Below, piece by piece: positions 7,504 through 15,325 of a stretch of 33,991 nt of DNA (the stretch's first letter is position 1; the number at the start of each line of letters is the position of its first letter). The DNA comes from Candidatus Nomurabacteria bacterium. Lineage in GTDB: Bacteria; Patescibacteriota; Minisyncoccia; Phycocordibacterales; UBA1006. The notes under the pieces are model-generated. The model was not told the DNA's origin, did not search any database, and worked only from the letters and a program-made list of their open reading frames with translations. The stretch spans positions 1-33,991 of the forward strand of contig JAOULM010000001.1 in the NCBI GenBank assembly GCA_029882015.1, written 5' to 3'. The position numbers and the translations under genes are program-made.

Positions 7504-8112
7504 ATGTCTATCAAGTTGAAAAAATTTAAAATTGCACGTCGCCTGGGAGCAGGGGTTTTTGATAAAACTCAGTCTCAGAAATTTGCTTTGGCAAACGCCA
7601 AAAAGAGAACCACAGGACGACGTCCGCGTGTAACCGATTACGGATTGCAGTTGATTGAAAAGCAACGTGTACGTGTTATGTACGGTGTTCGCGAAAAACA
7701 ATTCCGAAACTACATCAACAAAGCCATAGGGGCAACCAAACAGGGCGCCAGCCCAGCTCTAGCATTATTCAAGTCACTTGAATCCCGTCTAGACAACATC
7801 GTCTATCGTTTGGGATTGGCAGAATCACGCCGTATGGCACGCCAGATGGTCTCTCATGGACACTTTACCGTTAATGGGAAAAAGACAACAATTCCATCAT
7901 ACTCATTACGTGTAAACGACGAGCTAGCTATCCGCGAAGGAAGCAAAGACATAAAAATATTCGAATTGATTGATAATAAACTGAAAAATCACACTGCTCC
8001 GAATTGGTTGAAATGGAACGCAAAACAACGGTCAGCTGTTGTTGCCGGCGAACCAACAGACCCAGATTCATTCCTGAACTTCAACTCTGTTATCGAGTTC
8101 TATAGCCGATAG
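7504..8112 (+). CDS. rpsD: 30S ribosomal protein S4
   Basis: KIARRLG, YGLQLIEKQRVRVMYGVREKQFRNY, S4 domain RLDNIVYRLGLAESRRMARQMVSHGHFTVNGK. Confidence 0.95.
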   Translation: MSIKLKKFKIARRLGAGVFDKTQSQKFALANAKKRTTGRRPRVTDYGLQLIEKQRVRVMYGVREKQFRNYINKAIGATKQGASPALALFKSLESRLDNIVYRLGLAESRRMARQMVSHGHFTVNGKKTTIPSYSLRVNDELAIREGSKDIKIFELIDNKLKNHTAPNWLKWNAKQRSAVVAGEPTDPDSFLNFNSVIEFYSR

Positions 8113-8208
8113 ATCTCACAAAATCTTGTTTACTAGTTTTATTCGTTTAGCGAACGTTCCACCACAAAAAATATTTATTATGTGTGCGATGGAATGTAAA
8201 AATATATT

Positions 8209-9189
8209 ATGACGGACCAAATACTATTGCCTTCTCGGCTTAATATCGTAGAGGAAAATGACACAAAGGGAACATATGAAATCGAGGGACTTGCTCCTGG
8301 GTATGGGTACACTTTGGGTAACTCCTTGCGACGTATCATTCTTTCATCTTTGCAAGGTGTGGCTATCACTGGACTAAGAATAAAAGGTGCAGACCACGAG
8401 TTTGCAACAATCGAAGGTGTGTCAGAAGACGTTATTGCTATTATTTTAAATCTTAAAAAAGTACGTCTAGCAATGTCAACTGATGAACCTCAGACGGTAA
8501 AACTATCGGTAAAAGGAAAAAAACAAGTAACAGCAGGAGATATCGAAGCCAAAGGATCTGTCGAGGTTATGAACCCAGATCAGTACATTGCCGAATTAAC
8601 TGACAGCAAGGCTGAATTGGAAATTGAATTAACAATAGAAAAAGGATTCGGATTTGTACCTCGCGAGGAACGTGGTGAAAGCAAAGCCGGTGTTGGAACT
8701 ATATTGATTGACGCGGTATTTACACCAATCAAGCGTGTATCATACGAGGTTGAAAACATGCGTGTTGGAGACCGTACTGATCACAACAAACTACGTTTGT
8801 TTATCCAAACAGATGGGTCATTAACACCTAAACAAGCCTTGGAAGATTCGTTGATGGTTATGGTTCGTCAAATCAAAGCCATTTTAGATATTGAACAATT
8901 ACCCGAGGAAATAGAAATGGCAGAATCACCCAGCGCATTGTTGGACAAAGAGGGGGCAAAGGGGCTATCAGAATCAGAATTATCTGACATCTTGAAAACC
9001 CGCATTGAATCTCTGGATCTATCAACTCGAACACTGAACGCTTTGGCCGATGCCAACATCCGAACTATCGGTGGGTTGGTCCGAAAAACCGAAGATGACA
9101 TTTTAGAAATCGAGGGATTAGGGCAAAAAGGACTAGACGAAATCAGTAAATCATTGGATTCTCAGAATGTAAGCCTTAAACAAGCATAA
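8209..9189 (+). CDS. rpoA: DNA-directed RNA polymerase alpha subunit
   Basis: GYGYTLGNSLRRIILSSLQGVAIT, FTPIKRVSYEVENMRVGDRTDHNKL, C-terminal domain LDLSTRTLNALADANIRTIGGL. Confidence 0.95.
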   Translation: MTDQILLPSRLNIVEENDTKGTYEIEGLAPGYGYTLGNSLRRIILSSLQGVAITGLRIKGADHEFATIEGVSEDVIAIILNLKKVRLAMSTDEPQTVKLSVKGKKQVTAGDIEAKGSVEVMNPDQYIAELTDSKAELEIELTIEKGFGFVPREERGESKAGVGTILIDAVFTPIKRVSYEVENMRVGDRTDHNKLRLFIQTDGSLTPKQALEDSLMVMVRQIKAILDIEQLPEEIEMAESPSALLDKEGAKGLSESELSDILKTRIESLDLSTRTLNALADANIRTIGGLVRKTEDDILEIEGLGQKGLDEISKSLDSQNVSLKQA

Positions 9190-9194
9190 TTTAC

Positions 9195-9222
9195 TTGACT
9201 TTTCAGTCAAAATGACGATAAT
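9195..9222 (+). promoter_or_regulatory. possible internal promoter ahead of rplQ (TTGACT-16-GATAAT)
   Basis: Hexamers at 9195-9200 and 9217-9222. The -35 is part of the small hairpin TTGACT-tttc-AGTCAA. Confidence 0.4.
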
Positions 9223-9251
9223 AGGGCCTACTTGGGGAGAAATGTAACACC

Positions 9252-9608
9252 ATGAATAATCAAAAAACCAATCGAAAATTTGGACGTGTCCGCAAGCAGC
9301 GGGTGGCTTTGATGCGTGGTTTGGCATTGTCTTTGGTAATACACGAACGTATTACAACTACAGCAGCCAAGGCCAAGGAATTGCGACCATATATTGAGAA
9401 ATTGGTAACAAAAGCCGGTAGCGACACTGTTTTCTCACGTCGTTTCTTGAACGCTCGTTTGGGTGGAAACCAGGAAACATTGGCTAAAAAACTTGTCGAG
9501 GAAATCGCACCAAAATATAGAGAACGCCAGGGTGGATACACTCGGGTTGTTAAACTGCCTCCACGTCAGGGAGATGCTGCAGAAATGGCTATTATCGAAT
9601 TTGTATAA
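9252..9608 (+). CDS. rplQ: 50S ribosomal protein L17
   Basis: RKFGRVRKQRVALMRGLALSLVIHERITTTAAKAKELRPYIEKLVT...GGYTRVVKL. Confidence 0.95.
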   Translation: MNNQKTNRKFGRVRKQRVALMRGLALSLVIHERITTTAAKAKELRPYIEKLVTKAGSDTVFSRRFLNARLGGNQETLAKKLVEEIAPKYRERQGGYTRVVKLPPRQGDAAEMAIIEFV

Positions 9609-9613
9609 TTTTT

Positions 9614-9976
9614 ATGACAACAGTAACTAATACAAAAGAATACACTATTGATGCCTCGGGTAAAAAACTGGGTCGTGTTGCCAGCGAGGCAGCTATGATT
9701 TTGCGTGGAAAAAATTCACCAGATTTTACACCTAACAAAGTATCAGGAAACAAGGTGCACGTTATCAATGCGTCAAAAATCGATTTGGCAGATGTGAAAT
9801 TGTTAGACGAGTACATGAGCTATTCTGGATACGCAGGTGGTCAAAAACGCGAAACACGTGGGCATTTGATCGACCGCAAGGGCTACGCTCCTGTATTCGA
9901 AAAAGCAGTCTACGGAATGTTGGCGTCAAACAAATTGCGAGCGCCATTGATGAAAAATCTAACTATTACCGAATAA
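9614..9976 (+). CDS. rplM: 50S ribosomal protein L13 (short, 120 aa)
   Basis: IDASGKKLGRVASEAAMILRGKNSPDFTPN...VHVINASKI...GMLASNKL. Confidence 0.9.
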   Translation: MTTVTNTKEYTIDASGKKLGRVASEAAMILRGKNSPDFTPNKVSGNKVHVINASKIDLADVKLLDEYMSYSGYAGGQKRETRGHLIDRKGYAPVFEKAVYGMLASNKLRAPLMKNLTITE

Positions 9977-9981
9977 TTTAT

Positions 9982-10392
9982 ATGTCAGCAGTAACTAAAA
10001 AAACAAAATACATTCCAGCAATCGGACGACGTAAAACTGCCAGCGCACAGGTACGTTTGTTCGAGGCTGCTAAAACTGAAGTCATCATCAACGATAAAAA
10101 ATTGTCAGAATATTTTAAAACTGATGATCAGATCAAAATCGTAAACGATGCTTTTAATACATTGAAATTGGATCAAGAATTCAAAGTAACCGTATTGGTA
10201 AAAGGTGGGGGATTACATGCCCAAGCCGAAGCCGTACGTCACGGAATCTCACGTGCATTGGTAGAACGCGACGAAGCATCACGTGTTCCATTAAAAAAAG
10301 AAGGGTTCCTAAAACGTGACCCACGTTCAAAAGAACGAAACAAACCAGGACTCCGCGGAGCACGTCGTGCCCCACAGTGGTCAAAACGTTAA
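9982..10392 (+). CDS. rpsI: 30S ribosomal protein S9
   Basis: GRRKTASAQVRL...GGGLHAQAEAVRHGISRAL...RDPRSKERNKPGLRGARRAPQWSKR. Confidence 0.95.
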   Translation: MSAVTKKTKYIPAIGRRKTASAQVRLFEAAKTEVIINDKKLSEYFKTDDQIKIVNDAFNTLKLDQEFKVTVLVKGGGLHAQAEAVRHGISRALVERDEASRVPLKKEGFLKRDPRSKERNKPGLRGARRAPQWSKR

Positions 10393-10410
10393 AACTCAGA
10401 AATCAAAAAA

Positions 10411-10434
10411 ACCACCCTCAGGTGGTTTTTTCTT
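10411..10434 (+). terminator. rho-independent terminator after rpsI
   Basis: ACCACC-ctca-GGTGGT followed by TTTTTTCTTT, preceded by an A-run. Confidence 0.7.
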
Positions 10435-10450
10435 TGCTCTGGTAAATATA

Positions 10451-10780
10451 TCCTCCTCCCCTATGTAGGGGAGGTGCCGAGGAACGAGGCGGAGGGGTAT
10501 CAGACATAACCACCCAAACCCCCGTCTTCCCGGGCTCCGACCCGGGATCCAGAAACATCCCTACCAACCCTCAAGTGTCATCCCCGCGCAGACGGGGATC
10601 TTGTTTTAATTCTTTTCTTTTTTCTTGGCAAAAAAGAAACAAAAACCCAAGGCCTGTACCGAACTCTCTCAGAATTATCTAAAACTACATTCGTTATTTT
10701 TCAGGGGGCACTACGTTAGCCTGCTGAAAAATACCTGCGGACACTCATTCCATTTTGAAATTCTGGTTCGTTCGATAGGG
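10451..10780 (+). repeat. mosaic structured intergenic repeat, copy A (modules H1, H2, H3, E)
   Basis: H1 is 10451-10500. H2 (10522-10553) is identical to 14959-14990. H3 (10611-10641) is identical to 14992-15022. E (10647-10780) aligns with 15108-15242. An extra hairpin ATCCCCG/CGGGGAT lies at 10580-10599. Confidence 0.85.
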
Positions 10781-10811
10781 GTCGAATCCTCGCGCTAAAT
10801 TTTGGAATATT

Positions 10812-10839
10812 AAAAAACCCTCGCAATAGCGGGGTTTTT
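10812..10839. terminator. bidirectional hairpin terminator at the end of the minus-strand PaaX-like/DKNYY operon
   Basis: A6-CCC(T)CGC-aata-GCGGGG-T5. Confidence 0.6.
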
Positions 10840-11212
10840 ATTTACCTGGAACAACAAATGTTTCTGGGTCACCATCAATTTTTTTGCCATAATAATAAAC
10901 GTGGTTTTTATCTTTGGCGTAGTATCCATCGTCTAAAATTTCAAAAGTTTTTGCATGGGCTGACCAAATACGGAAAGTTCTCCACCCGGTAGAAGAATTG
11001 TAGTGATAGTAGGTATAGAGTACTTTGTTTCTTTGAATCGTGTAGAGGGTGTCAGTCTTTATAGTATTAGCCATATCAACGAGACGTTCATTCCTTTTTG
11101 ATAGCAAGAAAAGAGTAAAGGCAATAATTAAAATAAAAAGTACAAAGCTCAAAAATACTTTTGAAAGTGTCCGCACTCCATTTCTAATTATATTTGGTCC
11201 TTTCATATTCAT
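10838..11212 (-). CDS. small membrane-anchored DKNYY-domain protein (paralog 1)
   Basis: N-terminal TM VFLSFVLFILIIAFTLFLL. C-terminus YAKDKNHVYYYGKKIDGDPETFVVP matches the DKNYY repeat signature. Confidence 0.7.
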   Translation of the reverse strand: MNMKGPNIIRNGVRTLSKVFLSFVLFILIIAFTLFLLSKRNERLVDMANTIKTDTLYTIQRNKVLYTYYHYNSSTGWRTFRIWSAHAKTFEILDDGYYAKDKNHVYYYGKKIDGDPETFVVPGK

Positions 11213-11251
11213 TGATTATACCATTTACCCCCAATACATCTTCAGAATTAC

Positions 11252-11623
11252 TTATTCAGGAACAACAAAAGTGTCTGGGTCAGCCCCTTGGATTCTTTTA
11301 TTGAATTGATAAACAAAATTTTTGTCTTTCGCGTAGGAATTATTGATGATTTCTAGAGATTTGATATCAACACGGCGCAATTTTTGTAAGTATAGATTTA
11401 GCGGGGAACCTCCTTCTCGACGGACGTAAAAAGCTTTTCTTTTTGAGACAACATACTGGCTTTCTTGTGCATCTGGGAAGACTTTTGATAAATAATAGCC
11501 ATCTCGTACAGCAGTCGATATATATGTCAAAAAAAGTGCAACAATAGCAAGGCCAAATAGTCCAACAGGGACAAGTAAAATTATCCCAATTATCTTTCCT
11601 ATTTTCTTGTAATTCTTTTTCAT
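11252..11623 (-). CDS. small membrane-anchored DKNYY-domain protein (paralog 2)
   Basis: N-terminal TM IIGIILLVPVGLFGLAIVALFL. C-terminus YAKDKNFVYQFNKRIQGADPDTFVVP. Clear paralog of 10838-11212. Confidence 0.7.
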   Translation of the reverse strand: MKKNYKKIGKIIGIILLVPVGLFGLAIVALFLTYISTAVRDGYYLSKVFPDAQESQYVVSKRKAFYVRREGGSPLNLYLQKLRRVDIKSLEIINNSYAKDKNFVYQFNKRIQGADPDTFVVPE

Positions 11624-11640
11624 ATTTCAAATATACCACA

Positions 11641-12180
11641 CTACCCCCAATATACCTTTCTAAATTGTTTTTCAGTATCAAAATCGGCGTGGTTGGTGAC
11701 GATGATGTTGAATTCATCGGTTAGCTCGAGATCCTTTTTCATATTTTCCAGCATATGCTCGAATGGGTAGGGGCTAATCCAGACGCTGTTTTTCAGCTTG
11801 GCGAATTTGGCCTTTTTCAGGATATAGCGGATAGCATTGCGGAGCTGTTTATTATCCTCGGGAACGTCAATAATCACCATACGCCAATGCCCATCCCACG
11901 ATAGGGGAATCAGGCTTTCATCCGATGACAGGCGTGCAGAGCGCAAGCTGTGACGTCCTGTGGGGGTCAGGCGCATCATCTCGTCTTCTAATTCAATATC
12001 TCCTGATTTGGTCAGGTTTTTCAGGCTCCGGGTCACTGCATATTTCAAATCCGAGCTCCGATCGTCTATTTCACTGAATAACCCCTCGATGTGGCTGTTC
12101 AATTCATCAGAGTTGCTGGATTCATTGGAACCCAGGAATTTCAAGATTTTTTCCTTGAGATTAAGTCGTTTTGGTGTCAT
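11641..12180 (-). CDS. PaaX-like transcriptional regulator (wHTH plus PaaX C-terminal-like domain)
   Basis: WDGHWRMVIIDVPEDNKQLRNAIRYILKKAKFAKLKNSVWISPYP resembles the PaaX-family core WDGxWxxVxFDIPE...R..LR..L...GF..L..SVWxSP. Confidence 0.7.
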   Translation of the reverse strand: MTPKRLNLKEKILKFLGSNESSNSDELNSHIEGLFSEIDDRSSDLKYAVTRSLKNLTKSGDIELEDEMMRLTPTGRHSLRSARLSSDESLIPLSWDGHWRMVIIDVPEDNKQLRNAIRYILKKAKFAKLKNSVWISPYPFEHMLENMKKDLELTDEFNIIVTNHADFDTEKQFRKVYWG

Positions 12181-12186
12181 GTATGT

Positions 12187-12215
12187 ATTATACCAGAGTT
12201 TTCCCCAATTTACAA
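12187..12215 (-). promoter_or_regulatory. promoter of the PaaX-like/DKNYY operon (TTGTAA-17-TGgTATAAT on minus strand); ATG 6 nt after the -10
   Basis: Plus-strand attata at 12187-12192 and ttacaa at 12210-12215. Confidence 0.55.
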
Positions 12216-12237
12216 TAATTTTACGTGTGAAAAAAAC

Positions 12238-12266
12238 TTGTCAAAAATATGAGAATGGTTTATACT
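12238..12266 (+). promoter_or_regulatory. promoter of grpE (TTGTCA-17-TATACT); ATG 12279 is 12 nt after the -10
   Basis: Hexamers at 12238-12243 and 12261-12266. Confidence 0.55.
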
Positions 12267-12278
12267 TGTCTGGTAATT

Positions 12279-12854
12279 ATGAGTAATGATAAAAACAATA
12301 TGTCAGATGATCAATTCGATGATGTGCAGTTCGAGACAACCGAGTCCGAACTGGTCACCCAGAAAAAGGGAGACAAGTTGAAACAGATTCGCGAAAAACT
12401 GAAAGAGTCCCAAGCCGAAGCCAAAGAGAATCTCGACGGATGGCAACGAGCTAGGGCCGACTATGTGAATTTACAAAAATCACTAGACGCCGAACGGGGG
12501 CAGATTCGTAAACGCGCCACATTGGGATTGATTCTGGATTTATTGCCATCATTAGATAATTTTGAATCAGCAATGAAGAATCGCGAGGTCTGGGAATCAG
12601 TTGATGCAAACTGGCGAACCGGAATCGAATATATTTATCAGAATCTGCAACGAACCCTACAGGAAAATGGAGTCACAGAAATACAAACGACCGGACAGAT
12701 GGATCATGAATTACATGAACCGCTGGAGGTAATCGAAACAGATAATAAAAAACAGGACAATGAAATTGCCGAGACTGTCCAAAAGGGATACAAGATGGAT
12801 GGACAAATCGTCAGAACGGCTCGAGTCAAAGTCTATCAATTTAAGAAAGAGTAA
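12279..12854 (+). CDS. grpE: nucleotide exchange factor GrpE
   Basis: RARADYVNLQKSLDAERG...LDLLPSLDNFESA...VQKGYKMDGQIVRTARVKV. ATG 12279 chosen because a TTGTCA-17-TATACT promoter (12238-12266) lies inside the longer ORF. ATG 12297 is an alternative. Confidence 0.9.
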   Translation: MSNDKNNMSDDQFDDVQFETTESELVTQKKGDKLKQIREKLKESQAEAKENLDGWQRARADYVNLQKSLDAERGQIRKRATLGLILDLLPSLDNFESAMKNREVWESVDANWRTGIEYIYQNLQRTLQENGVTEIQTTGQMDHELHEPLEVIETDNKKQDNEIAETVQKGYKMDGQIVRTARVKVYQFKKE

Positions 12855-12864
12855 AATCCACCAC

Positions 12865-12940
12865 TGTCATCCTGAATTTATTTCAGGATCTCATAGACCA
12901 AAAATACAAACTTAGATTCTGAAATAAATTCAGAATGACA
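12865..12940. promoter_or_regulatory. inverted pair of 29-nt palindromic elements in the grpE-dnaK spacer
   Basis: TGTCATCCTGAATTTATTTCAGGATCTCA (12865-12893) versus the reverse complement of 12912-12940, TGTCATTCTGAATTTATTTCAGAATCTAA. 26/29 identical. The two stem differences are compensatory (C:G to T:A). Confidence 0.6.
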
Positions 12941-12970
12941 AAATACTTACTAAATAATCTAAAAAATACT

Positions 12971-14881
12971 ATGTCAAAAATAATTGGAATCGATCTAGGG
13001 ACAACAAACAGCGCCGTCGCAATCATCGAGGGGGGGCAACCAAAAATAATTGAAAACGCCGAGGGAAACCGTACCACTCCGTCGATTGTTGCTATTGCAA
13101 AAAATGGTGACCGTTTGGCTGGTGAATTGGCAAAACGCCAAGCCATCACCAACCCACAAAATACTATTTACGGAATCAAACGATACATGGGGCACAAATA
13201 CGAAGACGACGTTATCAAAAAAGACGTCGACGTGGTGCCGTACACTATCAAAAAAGGTAAAGACGGCGGAGCTATGATAACTATGGGCGACAAAGATTAT
13301 CGCCCCGAGGAAGTTTCAGCAATGATCTTGCAGAAAATCAAAGCCGACGTCGAAGCCAAAACAGGTGAAAAAATAACCGAGGCCGTAATCACCGTTCCGG
13401 CGTATTTCAACGATGACCAACGTAAAGCCACAATCGATGCGGGTAAAATCGCGGGACTCGATGTTAAACGAATCATCAACGAACCAACTGCTGCCGCATT
13501 GGCATACGGGTTCGACAAAAAGACTGACGAAAAAATCGCCGTATACGATTTCGGTGGGGGTACTTTTGATATCTCAATTTTGGAGGTAGGCGCAGACGTC
13601 GTCGAGGTAAAATCTACAGGTGGTGATAGCCATATGGGGGGACGTGATATTGACCAGGCTATTATCAAATGGATCGGAACTGAATTCAAAAAAGAATCAG
13701 GTATCGATATCACTGCAGACAAATTGGCACTGCAACGTTTGGACGAGGCAGCCGAAAAAGCCAAAAAGGAATTGTCATCAGCGCCAGAAACTGAAATCAA
13801 TATTCCATTTATTACATCAGATGCGAACGGTCCAAAACACTTGTTGTTGAAATTGACTCGTGCTCAACTGGAAGACTTGGCAATGCCATACATCGAAAAA
13901 TCAATCAAAATCACAGGGGACGTACTAAAAGATTCTGGATTCAAAGCTGGCGAAATTAACCAGGTTATCTTGGTGGGAGGACAAACACGTATGCCAAAAA
14001 TCCAAGAAGAGGTTCAGAAACTATTCGGTCAAGAACCAAACCGAACGATTAACCCCGACGAGGTAGTCGCCGCAGGAGCCGCCGTACAGGCCGGAGTCTT
14101 GCAGGGTGACGTCAAAGACGTGTTGTTGCTCGACGTTATTCCATTGTCGCTGGGAATCGAAACCATGGGGGGTGTCGCAACAAAATTGATCGAAAAAAAT
14201 GCAACGATCCCAACATCACACAGCCAGGTATTCTCGACCGCAACAGACAACCAGTCATCAGTCGAGATTGTCATCGCACAGGGAGAACGACCCATGGCGG
14301 CCGACAACAAACCATTGGGACGATTCGTATTAGATGGTATCGCGCCAGCGCCGCGTGGTATCCCACAGGTAGAGGTAACGTTCGACGTTGATGCCAACGG
14401 AGTGCTGAGCGTGTCTGCCAAAGACAAAGCAACCGGCAAAGAAAACAGTATCCGTATCGAGGGATCATCAGGACTATCAGACGAAGAAATCGAAAAAATG
14501 AAAGCCGACGCGGAAACACACGCCGACGAAGATGCCAAGAAAAAAGAAAACGTAGAATCTAAAAATATGTTAGACACTGCTATTTTCACCGCAGAAAAGG
14601 GGCTAAAAGACAACGCAGACAAAATTAGCGACGAGGTCAAAACCGCAGTCCAAGAAAAAATCGATGCAGCGAAAACTGCCAAAGATTCGGATGATATGGA
14701 CGTAGTAAAAAAAGCCACCGAAGAACTGGCAACCGAAATGCAAAAAATCGGCGAGGAAATGGCAAAAGCTGGTGAAAAAACAGAATCTGATTCAGACGAT
14801 GTCAGCCCAGCAGGGGACAAAGTCGAAGACAAAGAGGGAAATGCAGATAATGTAACTGACGCGGAAACAGAAGAGAAATAA
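12971..14881 (+). CDS. dnaK: molecular chaperone DnaK (Hsp70)
   Basis: [72 protein letters not shown]. Start taken at the conserved [14 protein letters not shown]. Confidence 0.98.
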   Translation: MSKIIGIDLGTTNSAVAIIEGGQPKIIENAEGNRTTPSIVAIAKNGDRLAGELAKRQAITNPQNTIYGIKRYMGHKYEDDVIKKDVDVVPYTIKKGKDGGAMITMGDKDYRPEEVSAMILQKIKADVEAKTGEKITEAVITVPAYFNDDQRKATIDAGKIAGLDVKRIINEPTAAALAYGFDKKTDEKIAVYDFGGGTFDISILEVGADVVEVKSTGGDSHMGGRDIDQAIIKWIGTEFKKESGIDITADKLALQRLDEAAEKAKKELSSAPETEINIPFITSDANGPKHLLLKLTRAQLEDLAMPYIEKSIKITGDVLKDSGFKAGEINQVILVGGQTRMPKIQEEVQKLFGQEPNRTINPDEVVAAGAAVQAGVLQGDVKDVLLLDVIPLSLGIETMGGVATKLIEKNATIPTSHSQVFSTATDNQSSVEIVIAQGERPMAADNKPLGRFVLDGIAPAPRGIPQVEVTFDVDANGVLSVSAKDKATGKENSIRIEGSSGLSDEEIEKMKADAETHADEDAKKKENVESKNMLDTAIFTAEKGLKDNADKISDEVKTAVQEKIDAAKTAKDSDDMDVVKKATEELATEMQKIGEEMAKAGEKTESDSDDVSPAGDKVEDKEGNADNVTDAETEEK

Positions 14882-14889
14882 CACAACCA

Positions 14890-15242
14890 TCCTCCTACCC
14901 TATGCAGGGGAGGTGCCCGTAGGGCGGAGGGGTATTAAACATAAAATACCAAACCTATCCGTCTTCCCGGGCTCCGACCCGGGATCCAGAATCTTTTCTT
15001 TTTTCTTGGCAAAAAAGAAACACCCGATGAAATATATTCGCTACCGCTCATTATTTCCCTGGATAAAAACAATATAGTCACTATGTTCCTTATTGTTAGT
15101 TAAAAATCCAAGGCCTGTATCTCGCTCTCTCAGAATTTCTAAAACTCTCGTTCACTATTTTTCAAGGGGCACTCCGTATAGCCTTTTGAAAAATTAAAAA
15201 CGTTCACTTTCGTTTTGAAATTCTGGTTCGCTCGATAAGGGC
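14890..15242 (+). repeat. mosaic structured intergenic repeat, copy B (modules H1, H2, H3, insert, E)
   Basis: Same module order as copy A. It has an ~85-nt unique AT-rich insert (15023-15107) between H3 and E. Confidence 0.85.
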
Positions 15243-15287
15243 CAAAGGACGTGTTAGACTATGGAATCTAAATAGCACCACCCCCGA

Positions 15288-15308
15288 CCCCTCCTCAAAG
15301 AGGAGGGG
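15288..15308 (+). repeat. perfect 9-bp hairpin CCCCTCCTC-aaa-GAGGAGGGG upstream of dnaJ (related to the H1 stem motif)
   Basis: Read directly from the sequence. The 3' arm is SD-like but ends 17 nt before the ATG at 15326. Confidence 0.7.
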
Positions 15309-15325
15309 AGGGACACTTGAAACTT

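Noticed and set aside
10760-10800. tRNA-like T-loop motif (GGGGTCGAATCCTCGC) inside module E of the mosaic repeat, which might have been a tRNA gene or tRNA-derived element
   Set aside because: The flanks cannot form a 5-bp T-stem, acceptor stem or anticodon arm. The motif is also not conserved in copy B, which reads GATAAGGGCCAAAGGACG at the equivalent position.
12181-12278. CIRCE (TTAGCACTC-N9-GAGTGCTAA) or another obvious operator in the PaaX-like/grpE divergent promoter region
   Set aside because: No CIRCE-like inverted repeat is present. Only the two back-to-back promoters are evident.
14029-14886. 285-aa antisense ORF inside dnaK, with similar long antisense ORFs in alaS (2527-2895), rpsK (6950-7423), the membrane protein gene (4797-5279), trpS (24085-24525) and aspS (27898-28299)
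   Set aside because: Each lies entirely within a confidently identified gene on the other strand. Their composition is Ser/low-complexity rich, as expected from reading a codon-biased gene backwards. None has a promoter or start context.
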